Below, piece after piece: positions 7,890 through 16,101 of a stretch of 16,101 bases of DNA. Location: the NCBI GenBank assembly GCA_049423385.1, contig JBMSQQ010000079.1, forward strand, positions 1 through 16,101, read 5' to 3'. This DNA is from Silvanigrellaceae bacterium. Lineage in GTDB: Bacteria; Bdellovibrionota_B; Oligoflexia; Silvanigrellales; Silvanigrellaceae. The notes beneath the pieces are model-generated. The model was given only the letters and a program-made list of their open reading frames with translations, did not search any database and had not been told where the DNA came from. The translations under genes and the position numbers were made by a program. The first letter of the stretch is position 1. Each line of letters starts with the position of its first letter.

Positions 7890-10274
7890 ATGAAAAGGTC
7901 ACATGCTGTGCGCAGTCAAAAAAGTATTTCGAAACTTTTGACCGTCACAAATGACAGGATCATCCTGTTCGTCAGACTGTTCTTTCCACTGCTTGTTGTC
8001 CTTGGATTGTTTGCTTATGCCCTGGTGCCACTCGTCTACTTCCTGACGTCCCAGTGGTTCGTGAAAGACTTGGACCTTCGAAGCGAACTCATTTCGAACA
8101 CACTTCAAGAGAGTGTTTCAAAAGCCTTGGCACTCACGGATCAGCAGGGAAGGAGTGAAGCACATGAAATCCTCATGCGGGTAACCCGCGATGAACGTCT
8201 GCTGGCATTGGGTGTTTGCAGTCCAGAGGGAACACTGTTCATCAAGACTGAACTTTTCCCTGAGAGTCTTGGATGCACGGACGTCATGGGACTCTTACCA
8301 TACAAGGGAATCATCAAGCACCTTCCGCATGGAGATGTACACCTTGCACGAGGCAAGATTGAGTCTAGTTTCGAAACCATTGGACCTCCGCCTCCCGAAT
8401 CCAAGCCACCACTTTCCGCCGGAGATTCTTTTGGCACATCCAAGGCGAAGTTCATTGGAAACCTCATCATCCTGCATGACATGAGTTTCATCCAGGCAAG
8501 AGGGAAGAACGCAGAGTTCTATATATTTGTGTTTTTTCTGAGCATCGCGTCAGTCACTGCCATCACAACCCTGATTGTCTCGCGCTGGAGTCAAAGGACC
8601 TGGATGACGACCATCAGAACAATCGTTGGTGGTGTCAGGGAATCAGGATTGAAATTCCGAACACAGCATCGAGATTTTTCGCCATTCCTGAGCGATTTGC
8701 ATAGCCTTGTCAGAAAATACGAGAGTTCTGAACGTTCGAATGAAGACCTTGATCGCTATTGGGATGCAACAAAAATCAGAGAGATTTTGAACCGTGAATT
8801 GTCGGGAGACGAAGTCATCGTCGTCTCAAACCGACAACCCTACGCACACAACTATTCAAATGGGAAAATTGAAGTCAGTTCTCCCGCGAGTGGCCTCGTC
8901 ACTGCGGTTGAACCCATCCTTCGCGCATGCTCGGGAGTTTGGATTGCACATGGGAACGGCTCGGCAGACAAGGACGTTGTCGATTCGTTTGGACGAATCA
9001 AAGTACCCCCTGACAGTGGCGAATATGAGATCCACCGCATTTGGCTCACGGAAGAAGAAGTAAACAGATACTATTCAGGATTTTCCAACGAGGGACTTTG
9101 GCCGCTGTGCCACAATGCGCATATCCGCCCCATTTTTCGTCGAGAAGACTGGCTACAATATTCGTCGGTCAACAGAAAATTCTGTGATGCTGTCGTTTCA
9201 GACTCGACAACTGCCGAACCAGTCGTACTGGTTCAAGACTTTCATTTGTCACTCTTGCCAGGCTTTATCAGGAAAGACCTGCCTGGTGCCACGGTCATCA
9301 CGTTCTGGCACATTCCGTGGCCGAATCCTGAAACATTTGGAATATGCCCATGGCATAAGGAAATTCTAAGTGGACTTCTGGGAAGCTCCATTTTGGGTTT
9401 CCATACGCAGTTTTGCGTCAACAATTTCCTGGACTGTGTGGACCGATTTCTTGAGTCTCGCATTGACCGGGAAACAAACACTGTCTCATATAAAGAACAC
9501 ATGTCTGAAATCAGGGCATATCCAATCTCCATTGAATGGCAGTCATCAAAAATGCTGCAAGCTCCTCCTGTCCTCGAATGTGAAGAGTACGTTCGTAAGA
9601 AGGAAAAAATCCCCAAAAACGTCAGGATCGCCATTGGAGTGGACAGGCTCGACTACACGAAAGGAATTATAGAACGATTTAGAGCCGTTGAAATGCTCTT
9701 GGAATCCAATCCAAGATACAGGGGAAACTTTACCCTCATACAAATTGCAGCTCCAACTCGCAGCGGCGTTACGGCATATCGAAATTTCGCTGATGAGGTT
9801 GTCGAAGTCTCCGAAGAAATCAACCGGGCATATGGGAGCGAGAGCTATCAACCAATTATTCTCAAAATCGAACATCACACTCAGGCCGAAATCTTCAAAT
9901 ACTATCGAGCTGCAGATGTTTGCCTGGTAACAAGCCTGTCTGATGGAATGAATCTCGTCGCAAAAGAATTCGTTTCTTCGCGCGATGATGAGGGAGGAGT
10001 GCTTATACTCAGCATGTTCACAGGCGCATCAAAGGAGCTTTTCGAGGCGCTCATTGTCAACCCGTATGATATCGAGCAAACTGCCAGTGCCTTGCTCCGA
10101 GCACTTGAAATGCCGCGACCCGAGCAGCGTGCAAGAATCCATGCCATGCGTTCGATACTGATGGACTACAACGTCTACAAGTGGGCTGGCCGCATGCTTC
10201 TTGATGCAGCAAGGATACGTCGCAGGAATCAGTTTTTTGAAGAGTTCAACGGGGAAGTTGAGAGACAACAATGA
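7890..10274 (+). CDS. otsA: GT20 trehalose-6-phosphate synthase-like enzyme with an N-terminal TM/extracytoplasmic/TM extension
   Basis: VVSNRQP, SGLVTA, YYSGFSNEGLWPLCH, QDFHL, FWHIPWP, GVDRLDYTKG and DGMNLVAKEF motifs. About 300 extra N-terminal residues contain two hydrophobic helices. The start is uncertain (in-frame GTG 7908 follows AAGG). Confidence 0.9.
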   Translation: MKRSHAVRSQKSISKLLTVTNDRIILFVRLFFPLLVVLGLFAYALVPLVYFLTSQWFVKDLDLRSELISNTLQESVSKALALTDQQGRSEAHEILMRVTRDERLLALGVCSPEGTLFIKTELFPESLGCTDVMGLLPYKGIIKHLPHGDVHLARGKIESSFETIGPPPPESKPPLSAGDSFGTSKAKFIGNLIILHDMSFIQARGKNAEFYIFVFFLSIASVTAITTLIVSRWSQRTWMTTIRTIVGGVRESGLKFRTQHRDFSPFLSDLHSLVRKYESSERSNEDLDRYWDATKIREILNRELSGDEVIVVSNRQPYAHNYSNGKIEVSSPASGLVTAVEPILRACSGVWIAHGNGSADKDVVDSFGRIKVPPDSGEYEIHRIWLTEEEVNRYYSGFSNEGLWPLCHNAHIRPIFRREDWLQYSSVNRKFCDAVVSDSTTAEPVVLVQDFHLSLLPGFIRKDLPGATVITFWHIPWPNPETFGICPWHKEILSGLLGSSILGFHTQFCVNNFLDCVDRFLESRIDRETNTVSYKEHMSEIRAYPISIEWQSSKMLQAPPVLECEEYVRKKEKIPKNVRIAIGVDRLDYTKGIIERFRAVEMLLESNPRYRGNFTLIQIAAPTRSGVTAYRNFADEVVEVSEEINRAYGSESYQPIILKIEHHTQAEIFKYYRAADVCLVTSLSDGMNLVAKEFVSSRDDEGGVLILSMFTGASKELFEALIVNPYDIEQTASALLRALEMPRPEQRARIHAMRSILMDYNVYKWAGRMLLDAARIRRRNQFFEEFNGEVERQQ

Positions 10275-11308
10275 ACATCTACAATAGTCACATTACAGCC
10301 TCGATTGCATTTTTGATTTTGTTTTCCATATTGCTGGCTGGAAAGCATTTGATTGTTCGCAAACTCAAAGATTCAGCAAGTCAGACCGAGTCCATTTTGG
10401 ACGACTCGATTCTCGTCATTGCAAAGAAATCAAATGCCCTGTTCCTTGCCGTTTTTTCCCTGTTTGTTGCCATCCAGTTTACCGATGTTCCAGGCGAAAT
10501 GGCGCTCTGGGTCAAGAAGATACTCATAGTCATGTCGGGGTTTCAGGCCTCTATTTGGCTGGTGAATGTTTCATCTATCGCCATCAACGACAAACTGAGC
10601 GAAAAGGTCAATGGCAGACTTGTAGAATCGGCCATGGCAACCGTGGCAATTCTCCTGGTCAGAATCCTGATCTTTGGTGTCATTGCACTGCTTGTTCTTG
10701 ACAACTTCGGAATCAACGTTGGAGCTCTGGTCACAGGTTTTGGAATTGGCGGCGTGGCAATTGCCCTCGCAGTGCAGAAAATACTGGGAGACCTGTTTGC
10801 ATCGCTCTCAATTGCACTCGACAAACCTTTTCGGGTTGGCGAGTTTATCATTGTCGATGACTTGTTGGGAACGATCGAACGGGTCGGACTCAAAACAACA
10901 CGAGTTCGGGCACTTTCAGGCGAACAAATCATCTTTCCAAACAGCTCATTGCTCGAGTCGAAGATACGAAACTTTAGCAAGATGCTGGACAGAAGAGTCA
11001 CCTTGAAAATATCTGTCGTATATGAAACCAGTGCAGAAAAATTGGAGCACATCTGTGACGTTGTCTGCAAAATCATCCAACAAACAAATGGTGTTCGACT
11101 TGAAAGGGGGCATTTTGCCGAACTTGGATCAAGCTCGCTCGATTTTGAATTTATTTATTGGGTGGATTCACCCGACTACAACATCTACATGCAAAAGAAG
11201 CAAGAAATAATCCTGAACATCAAACGATACTTTGATGACAACGCAATCGAATTCGCATTCCCGACACAGGTTGTTTACACGCAATCAATGAATACTGAAG
11301 GACGGTAA
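10271..11308 (+). CDS. mscS: MscS-family small-conductance mechanosensitive channel
   Basis: GIGGVAIALAVQKILGDLFAS, DKPFRVGEFI, GTIERVGLKTTRVR, IIFPNS and IEFAFPTQ motifs. ATGA overlap with the otsA stop. Confidence 0.95.
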   Translation: MNIYNSHITASIAFLILFSILLAGKHLIVRKLKDSASQTESILDDSILVIAKKSNALFLAVFSLFVAIQFTDVPGEMALWVKKILIVMSGFQASIWLVNVSSIAINDKLSEKVNGRLVESAMATVAILLVRILIFGVIALLVLDNFGINVGALVTGFGIGGVAIALAVQKILGDLFASLSIALDKPFRVGEFIIVDDLLGTIERVGLKTTRVRALSGEQIIFPNSSLLESKIRNFSKMLDRRVTLKISVVYETSAEKLEHICDVVCKIIQQTNGVRLERGHFAELGSSSLDFEFIYWVDSPDYNIYMQKKQEIILNIKRYFDDNAIEFAFPTQVVYTQSMNTEGR

Positions 11309-11377
11309 GACATAGAGCCCGGCACAATTTCTGACGGGCTTCCGTCGACATTCACAATATCCGGTCGACACCCGAAT

Positions 11378-12658
11378 TCAAAACTGACGTGTCATTGCGA
11401 ATACAAACATGAAGAGCAACGTTGGAGGCAATGCGGCTAAAAACAAGCCAAGTGGACTTATTCCACCGTCACCAAACGAATCCTTCAATATCCCATATCC
11501 AGCCGGGTTGGGAGCATTTGCAATGACCGTCAACCCCCCTCCTGCCACTGCGCCTCCAACAAGTGCGAGCTTTGCTGAATCCGATAGTCCAGGCACCAGT
11601 GAACCAAGATACGTCAACGCAGCGTTGTCGGTGAACGCGGTCAGCACAGTGGCACTCAAAAACAGAGCGACTGGCTGAAGAGCTGCAACAATTCCTTCCA
11701 GCCACCAGCCTTGAAGCCCACCAAGTGTCACAAGCCCACCCAGAAAAAATCCAACAAGTAGACCTTCTCTGATGTTGATTCTGTTCTGATGCTCGCGTGT
11801 CACCTCGGTCAACCCGAGAAAAAAGAGAAAAAGAGGAAGAAAAAACGAAATATGTTTATGATTGACTATCGTCAACAGCATAAACAATAGGTGCATTATC
11901 GTGAGCCAAACTGGTACGGGTGGTCGATCATCGTGCGATTTCTTCACATGAAGGACTGACAACTCTCGCCAGAAGAAAACCGCCGTCGCCACTGTTCCAA
12001 TTAAAACCGAAATCAACCCCTTGATTCCGATATTTCTCAGAACAAAAATCAAATCCCATTTCCATGGACCAACAACCATAAGTATTGGAGGTGCTGCAAA
12101 ATGAGTTAAGGTCCCGCCAATTGAAACGTTTACAAAGAGCAAACCAAGCGTTCCGTACCGTAAACGATTCGAAATTGATTGGGAGAAAAACGACTTTCGA
12201 AGCAGCAATGCTGTAACCGTCATCGCAGCCGGCTCGGTAATCAATGACCCCAAGAGCGGACCAACAATAAGTGTCGTCAAGTAAAATGCGATCGACTGGG
12301 GAATTGGGAGCAAAGATGAAGCACTGCGAATCAGTCGCTCTGCCAACTGAAGAATCGGCCGCGTGGAGGACAGACACATGATAACAAAAACAAACACTGC
12401 TTCAGAAAAGTTGACCTGATTCATGTAACTGACAGCTGCATCTGTCCCTGAGTGCATCGATACGACAAGCAAAAACAAAAATGCCCAGAGTCCAAATACA
12501 ATTTCAACCTCTCCCAGGAAATGAAAGAGGTTCTCCATGCCTGAACCTTCGCGATACTTTGCTGCCAATTTGTTGAATTGCTTTGAAACAAAAGTATGCA
12601 AAACCGCAAGGACGAAAAACAGTGTCGATACCTTCAAAAGTAGAGGATCTGTGATCAT
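11378..12658 (-). CDS. DUF1504-family putative Na+/H+ antiporter (IT superfamily-like)
   Basis: HFLGEVEIVFGLW, GSLITEPAAMT, NVSIGGTLTHFAAPP, LTAFTDNAALTYL and GGGLTVIANAPNPAG motifs, with many TM helices. Start moved to ATG 12658, which has a GGAG SD at 12664-12667. Confidence 0.85.
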   Translation of the reverse strand: MITDPLLLKVSTLFFVLAVLHTFVSKQFNKLAAKYREGSGMENLFHFLGEVEIVFGLWAFLFLLVVSMHSGTDAAVSYMNQVNFSEAVFVFVIMCLSSTRPILQLAERLIRSASSLLPIPQSIAFYLTTLIVGPLLGSLITEPAAMTVTALLLRKSFFSQSISNRLRYGTLGLLFVNVSIGGTLTHFAAPPILMVVGPWKWDLIFVLRNIGIKGLISVLIGTVATAVFFWRELSVLHVKKSHDDRPPVPVWLTIMHLLFMLLTIVNHKHISFFLPLFLFFLGLTEVTREHQNRINIREGLLVGFFLGGLVTLGGLQGWWLEGIVAALQPVALFLSATVLTAFTDNAALTYLGSLVPGLSDSAKLALVGGAVAGGGLTVIANAPNPAGYGILKDSFGDGGISPLGLFLAALPPTLLFMFVFAMTRQF

Positions 12659-12730
12659 TGCGACTCCAAAGTAAACAAGTCGGGCAGCATCAAAAGCCCA
12701 AAGGGTGCACAATTCCAAAAGCCTGACGAT

Positions 12731-14113
12731 TTACTGCTGTGGCTTTTCAGAAACAATTACTTTAGCGTTTTCATTCGCCATCCGAACTCGAAACCATCTC
12801 TCTATCTTCGACAAATCACCAGCTTTGAGCCTTGCATCTTTCTCCAACACAAGAAACTGAACAGCAGATTTTTCGGATGAAAGCTCAGATCCTGATGCTT
12901 TTCTTCTGAAGGAATCACCTCTCGCCACCACTGCACCGGAAATGTTCGGAAAATATGCCGAAACTTCATTTGCTACCTTTAAATTCGTTTCACCCAAAGA
13001 TGACAAGTCCGCAATGGTCCGTTCCAAGCTCTCAATTCTCTTGTCGCGTTCCCGCAGCTCTGAAAGTGACTTTTGGTACAAGTCATTCAGGAGATCTTCC
13101 TTCAACAAAGCCTTGTTTACTCTTTCATCGGCACCCTGAAAGATGACCAGGTCGGCATCTGCCAACCCCGATGATTTCATTTTTCTCTTGATCCCAGAGA
13201 TCTTGCCTTCATCCAGCACATCACCGATCAACGTAACCTCAATCCTTCTGGCTTGCGCATCGATTCCAATTTTTGCCGCACGAACATTGGCAGATTGCAC
13301 CTCATTATCGACAAACCTTGCAGCGCTGCTTCTAAAAACCTCTTGTTGTACAAGTCGATAGGCCAGAAAAATGCTCGGCAATGCTGTCACGGAGATAATC
13401 AGGATGAACCATCTTCTCAACTTTGCTTCTACCGCATTTCCAACATGTTGAATCCTTGGAAACTGCAAGAACCCCAAGACAACAATTGTCGCAACAGCAA
13501 TGAAAACAGAGTTTATAGAGAACAAATAGAGCGCACCCAGAAAGTACTCTATATTCGCATGAGCGATTCCGTAGCCCGCTGTGCACAGCGGAGGCATCAA
13601 GGCAGTCGCAATTGCCACTCCGGGAACAACATTGGAGTGCCCTTTCCTTATTGCTGCCACAGCGCCCGCAAGACCGCCAAAGAATGCTACTGCTACATCC
13701 CAGATTGTTGGTGAAGTGCGGGCCAACAATTCGGACTGGGCTTCCCGAAGCGGAGTGACCAAAAAGTATGCTGATGAAGTTAGCAAACTTATAACAGCAG
13801 CAATGATCAAATTGGTCACTGACTGCCGAACGAGTGCAAAATCGCGAATTGACACGCCGAATCCTACACCCATTATTGGGCCCATCAACGGCGAAATAAG
13901 CATCGCCCCAATGATCACAGCAGGCGAGTTCACATTCAAACCTATCGCAGCAATAAATATTGCTATTATCAGTGTGAGTGCGTTCATGCCCTTCAGCTCA
14001 ACACCTGCACGGAGATGTTCAGCTATCTGCTCAAAGTGGGCCACCTCGTCCTTCAGGGAAAATCGACTCAAAAAACCATGTCTCATTACTTTGAACAGGT
14101 CCACTGATTCCAT
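12731..14113 (-). CDS. DUF389 / TIGR00341-like membrane protein with soluble C-terminal region
   Basis: NSPAVIIGAMLISPLMGPI, ELLARTSPTIWD and PGVAIATALMPPLCTAGYGIA motifs. About 7 TMs followed by a coiled-coil-like segment (ELRERDKRIESLERTI). Purine-rich SD. Confidence 0.9.
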   Translation of the reverse strand: MESVDLFKVMRHGFLSRFSLKDEVAHFEQIAEHLRAGVELKGMNALTLIIAIFIAAIGLNVNSPAVIIGAMLISPLMGPIMGVGFGVSIRDFALVRQSVTNLIIAAVISLLTSSAYFLVTPLREAQSELLARTSPTIWDVAVAFFGGLAGAVAAIRKGHSNVVPGVAIATALMPPLCTAGYGIAHANIEYFLGALYLFSINSVFIAVATIVVLGFLQFPRIQHVGNAVEAKLRRWFILIISVTALPSIFLAYRLVQQEVFRSSAARFVDNEVQSANVRAAKIGIDAQARRIEVTLIGDVLDEGKISGIKRKMKSSGLADADLVIFQGADERVNKALLKEDLLNDLYQKSLSELRERDKRIESLERTIADLSSLGETNLKVANEVSAYFPNISGAVVARGDSFRRKASGSELSSEKSAVQFLVLEKDARLKAGDLSKIERWFRVRMANENAKVIVSEKPQQ

Positions 14114-14340
14114 TCACTCTTCCTTCCAATCCAATTTTCGGTCTCGCCTGAGCCAAACCGATTGCACTCGGATAGCAGGATACTGTGACGGTGAATTTCG
14201 CCAATTATGTATTCCTGGATCTTTGGATTTCCGCCAAAATCTCAACAACAAAGACCAACGATTGGCTTTTGCCTTTGAAAAAACTGCCAACCTGAACATT
14301 TGCAGATTGGCAGCGCGGCTCTGAGTTGGAGGGTCGAAGC

Positions 14341-14718
14341 TCAGGGCTGCTTCCTGTTTTTTCCAGACTTCTTGTCTTTCTTTGTCTTTGACTTTTCACT
14401 TTCTGAATTCTTCTCCGCGGGAGCGACCGCCTTGGCAGAATCAGCTGCAGGTGTGGCAGCGGGAGTCGCAGTTGGCACAACTCCCGATGTGGTGTTCGGA
14501 ACTGCAGCTGGTGTAGCGGTTGGAACAGCACCCGACGAGGTGGATGGTGTGGCCGTTGGCACAACACCCGAAATGGTGGATGGCGTTGCTGATGGAACAA
14601 CACCTGAAGTGGTTGCCGGAGCCGAAGCAGTACTACTTTGCGAAGACGGAACCGACGCACATGAACTCACAATCAAGACACTCGCAGTTGCAATCGCTGA
14701 AACTAAAAAATTGCGCAT
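14341..14718 (-). CDS. Small low-complexity Thr/Pro/Ala/Ser-rich lipoprotein with Lys-rich tail
   Basis: AAAGGA SD. Signal peptide with lipobox-like VSSC (Cys20). Repeat region followed by KSKTKKDKKSGKNRKQP. Confidence 0.75.
   Translation of the reverse strand: MRNFLVSAIATASVLIVSSCASVPSSQSSTASAPATTSGVVPSATPSTISGVVPTATPSTSSGAVPTATPAAVPNTTSGVVPTATPAATPAADSAKAVAPAEKNSESEKSKTKKDKKSGKNRKQP
14458..14613 (-). repeat. Four imperfect 36-bp coding repeats (TxSG[V/A]VP[S/T]ATP[S/A])
   Basis: TTSGVVPSATPS / TISGVVPTATPS / TSSGAVPTATPA / AVPN spacer / TTSGVVPTATPA. Confidence 0.85.
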
Positions 14719-14745
14719 GAATAGACATCCTTTCTCAAATCATGA

Positions 14746-14763
14746 CTTACTGTCTTCAGTAAG
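14746..14763. promoter_or_regulatory. Perfect 7-bp inverted repeat upstream of the repeat lipoprotein gene
   Basis: CTTACTG-TCTT-CAGTAAG. Confidence 0.35.
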
Positions 14764-14808
14764 AGTAACTTCAGAAAAATTTCGAAAAAACATCATTTCG
14801 ACATTGCC

Positions 14809-14837
14809 TATATATGGATATTCAATATCCTTATATA
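14809..14837. promoter_or_regulatory. 29-bp near-perfect palindrome, candidate operator
   Basis: TATATATGGATATT-C-AATATCCTTATATA: 13 of 14 positions pair around C14823. Confidence 0.5.
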
Positions 14838-14841
14838 AGAC

Positions 14842-15393
14842 TCACCTGAGCTTCAGACACCAGCCGACTCCATTTCCCAAGTAATTGTCAAAATGTGAGA
14901 GCTGATAGTGAGATTTTAAGCCACCAAGGTTTAGAGAAAGGGTGGCAGTTCCCTTATTAAAATCGAGAATCAGATATGACTTTCGTCGATCGACTGTCTT
15001 GTTGTTCCATGTCAAGGCAGAAGTCTTGGCCACACATCGTTCGAAAGCCCTGTTAAGACGCAGCTTCCAGACCAGTTCAGTGTCTGTGCGCTTCACCAGC
15101 TTTATATTGTCGGCAAACCAGCTGGAATTCAGTTCACCACATGAAACCAATCCTTCGTTGGAATCTTTTATCAATCCGTCGGACGCCGAGACCAGAAATG
15201 GGCAGTCATCAACTCTATCTGCATCGAAAACGAACCGAATATTTGGCACTATTGGCGGAACTTGTACAGATCCACCCGTCATGTTTGACCCGCTCAAAGA
15301 TGGCGCTGCGCCCTTTGTGGACTGCGGCAAGGCTTTTACAACGGGCAATGCAAAGAGAAAAAATACGGACAGATTCAGTTTTCGTATAATCAT
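14842..15393 (-). CDS. Secreted hypothetical protein (about 183 aa)
   Basis: From ATG 15393: MIIRKLNLSVFFLFALPVVKA is a typical signal peptide, and the mature part has four Cys. The ORF is open to 15492 and there is no clear SD, so the start is uncertain. Confidence 0.6.
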   Translation of the reverse strand: MIIRKLNLSVFFLFALPVVKALPQSTKGAAPSLSGSNMTGGSVQVPPIVPNIRFVFDADRVDDCPFLVSASDGLIKDSNEGLVSCGELNSSWFADNIKLVKRTDTELVWKLRLNRAFERCVAKTSALTWNNKTVDRRKSYLILDFNKGTATLSLNLGGLKSHYQLSHFDNYLGNGVGWCLKLR

Positions 15394-15495
15394 GGCGATT
15401 AAATTCCGAATGATTTTTTCGGATTTTAAAACAAGGCAAATTCCCCCGGATGCGATATTCAGATAATGAATATCATCCATTGAACAAAACAAAGG

Positions 15496-16101
15496 CTAGA
15501 TGCTGAAAGATTTCAGCAAATGAGAGACCTGTCCAAGCATTTGTTTATCGCGAGATGCGATAAAGATTGACGATTGCCAGAATCCTTCTTTCGGTCCCAG
15601 AAGGTGGATACGCTTTAAATTTGAAGCGTCGATTGCATATGCCCTGGGCAACAGGGCGAACCCCAAACCTTCGGATGCAATCCTGATGATGGATGAAATT
15701 GAGCTGGATACGAACACCGTGCTTTTTCGGATGAGGTTTCTCGAACAGAATCTATCTGTCTCCTCTCTCAGCTTCAAATGATGTGACGGTAAAATAAGAT
15801 CAAGCGGCAATTCGACGAGATAGCCAATCCAGTCAGCAAATGTAATTGGCGCGATGTTTCTCGAAAATCGGGTCACCAAACCAGGTTGGCATATGAGACT
15901 TACCGGCAAATAGTGCTGTTCAACGAAGTAGCTGCCAACACAAGATAAAATGGAACTCGTGAATGCAAAGTCAATTTCCCCGTCGGACAGCTGCCGACTG
16001 AGATCCTCATTTCGAACATTTATCAAACAGATATTGACACGTTTGTTTCTAAAATATTCACCGACAAATTGACACATAAGGTCCGATACGAACGGACATT
16101 C
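15496..16101 (-). CDS. LysR-family transcriptional regulator, C-terminal effector-binding domain (N-terminus beyond the right edge)
   Basis: Frame open to the edge (ECPFVSDLMCQF...). EDLSRQLSDGEIDFAF, LILPS...LREETDRF and SSISSIIRIASEGLGFALLP are typical of the LysR substrate-binding domain. The HTH is not in the window. Confidence 0.8.
   Translation of the reverse strand, partial: ECPFVSDLMCQFVGEYFRNKRVNICLINVRNEDLSRQLSDGEIDFAFTSSILSCVGSYFVEQHYLPVSLICQPGLVTRFSRNIAPITFADWIGYLVELPLDLILPSHHLKLREETDRFCSRNLIRKSTVFVSSSISSIIRIASEGLGFALLPRAYAIDASNLKRIHLLGPKEGFWQSSIFIASRDKQMLGQVSHLLKSFSI

Noticed and set aside
11316..11370. AGCCCG/CGGGCT stem and two GTCGACA copies between mscS and the antiporter
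   Set aside because: Long loop, no U-tract and very short repeats. Insufficient to call a terminator or repeat element.
13581..14324. 247-aa + strand ORF and the other short ORFs nested in large genes
   Set aside because: Antisense or alternate-frame shadows of well-supported genes, with no recognisable motifs.
14205..14884. 194-aa (+) and 151-aa (-) ORFs over the repeat region; possible CRISPR-like array
   Set aside because: The frames stay open because of the low-complexity repeat. The repeats are degenerate, in frame and lack unique spacers, so this is not CRISPR.

Overview
Bacterial chromosomal window of about 47% GC by eye, with no mobile element, RNA gene or CRISPR array that I can recognise. 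Left part: an ORF fusing a DUF167/YggU domain to a DUF2256 four-Cys domain, an M48-like HExxH metallopeptidase lipoprotein behind a sigma28-like promoter, and a secreted orphan. Centre: a divergent pair of translationally coupled two-gene units. Leftward are a P-type II ATPase with atypical M5/M6 ion ligands and a DUF4301-like, UDP-sugar-pyrophosphorylase-fold protein. Rightward are a GT20 OtsA-like trehalose-6-phosphate synthase with an N-terminal two-TM sensor-like module and an MscS channel. Right part, all on the minus strand: a truncated LysR regulator, a secreted orphan, a Thr/Pro-repeat lipoprotein, a DUF389 membrane protein and a DUF1504-type putative Na+/H+ antiporter. The best candidate for an undescribed system is a membrane-anchored, possibly signal-gated compatible-solute synthesis and release module with its own candidate NDP-glucose supply and ion transporters. 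All family calls come from motif recognition, not database searches. The lineage may be Bdellovibrionota/Oligoflexia-like, but that is only an impression.
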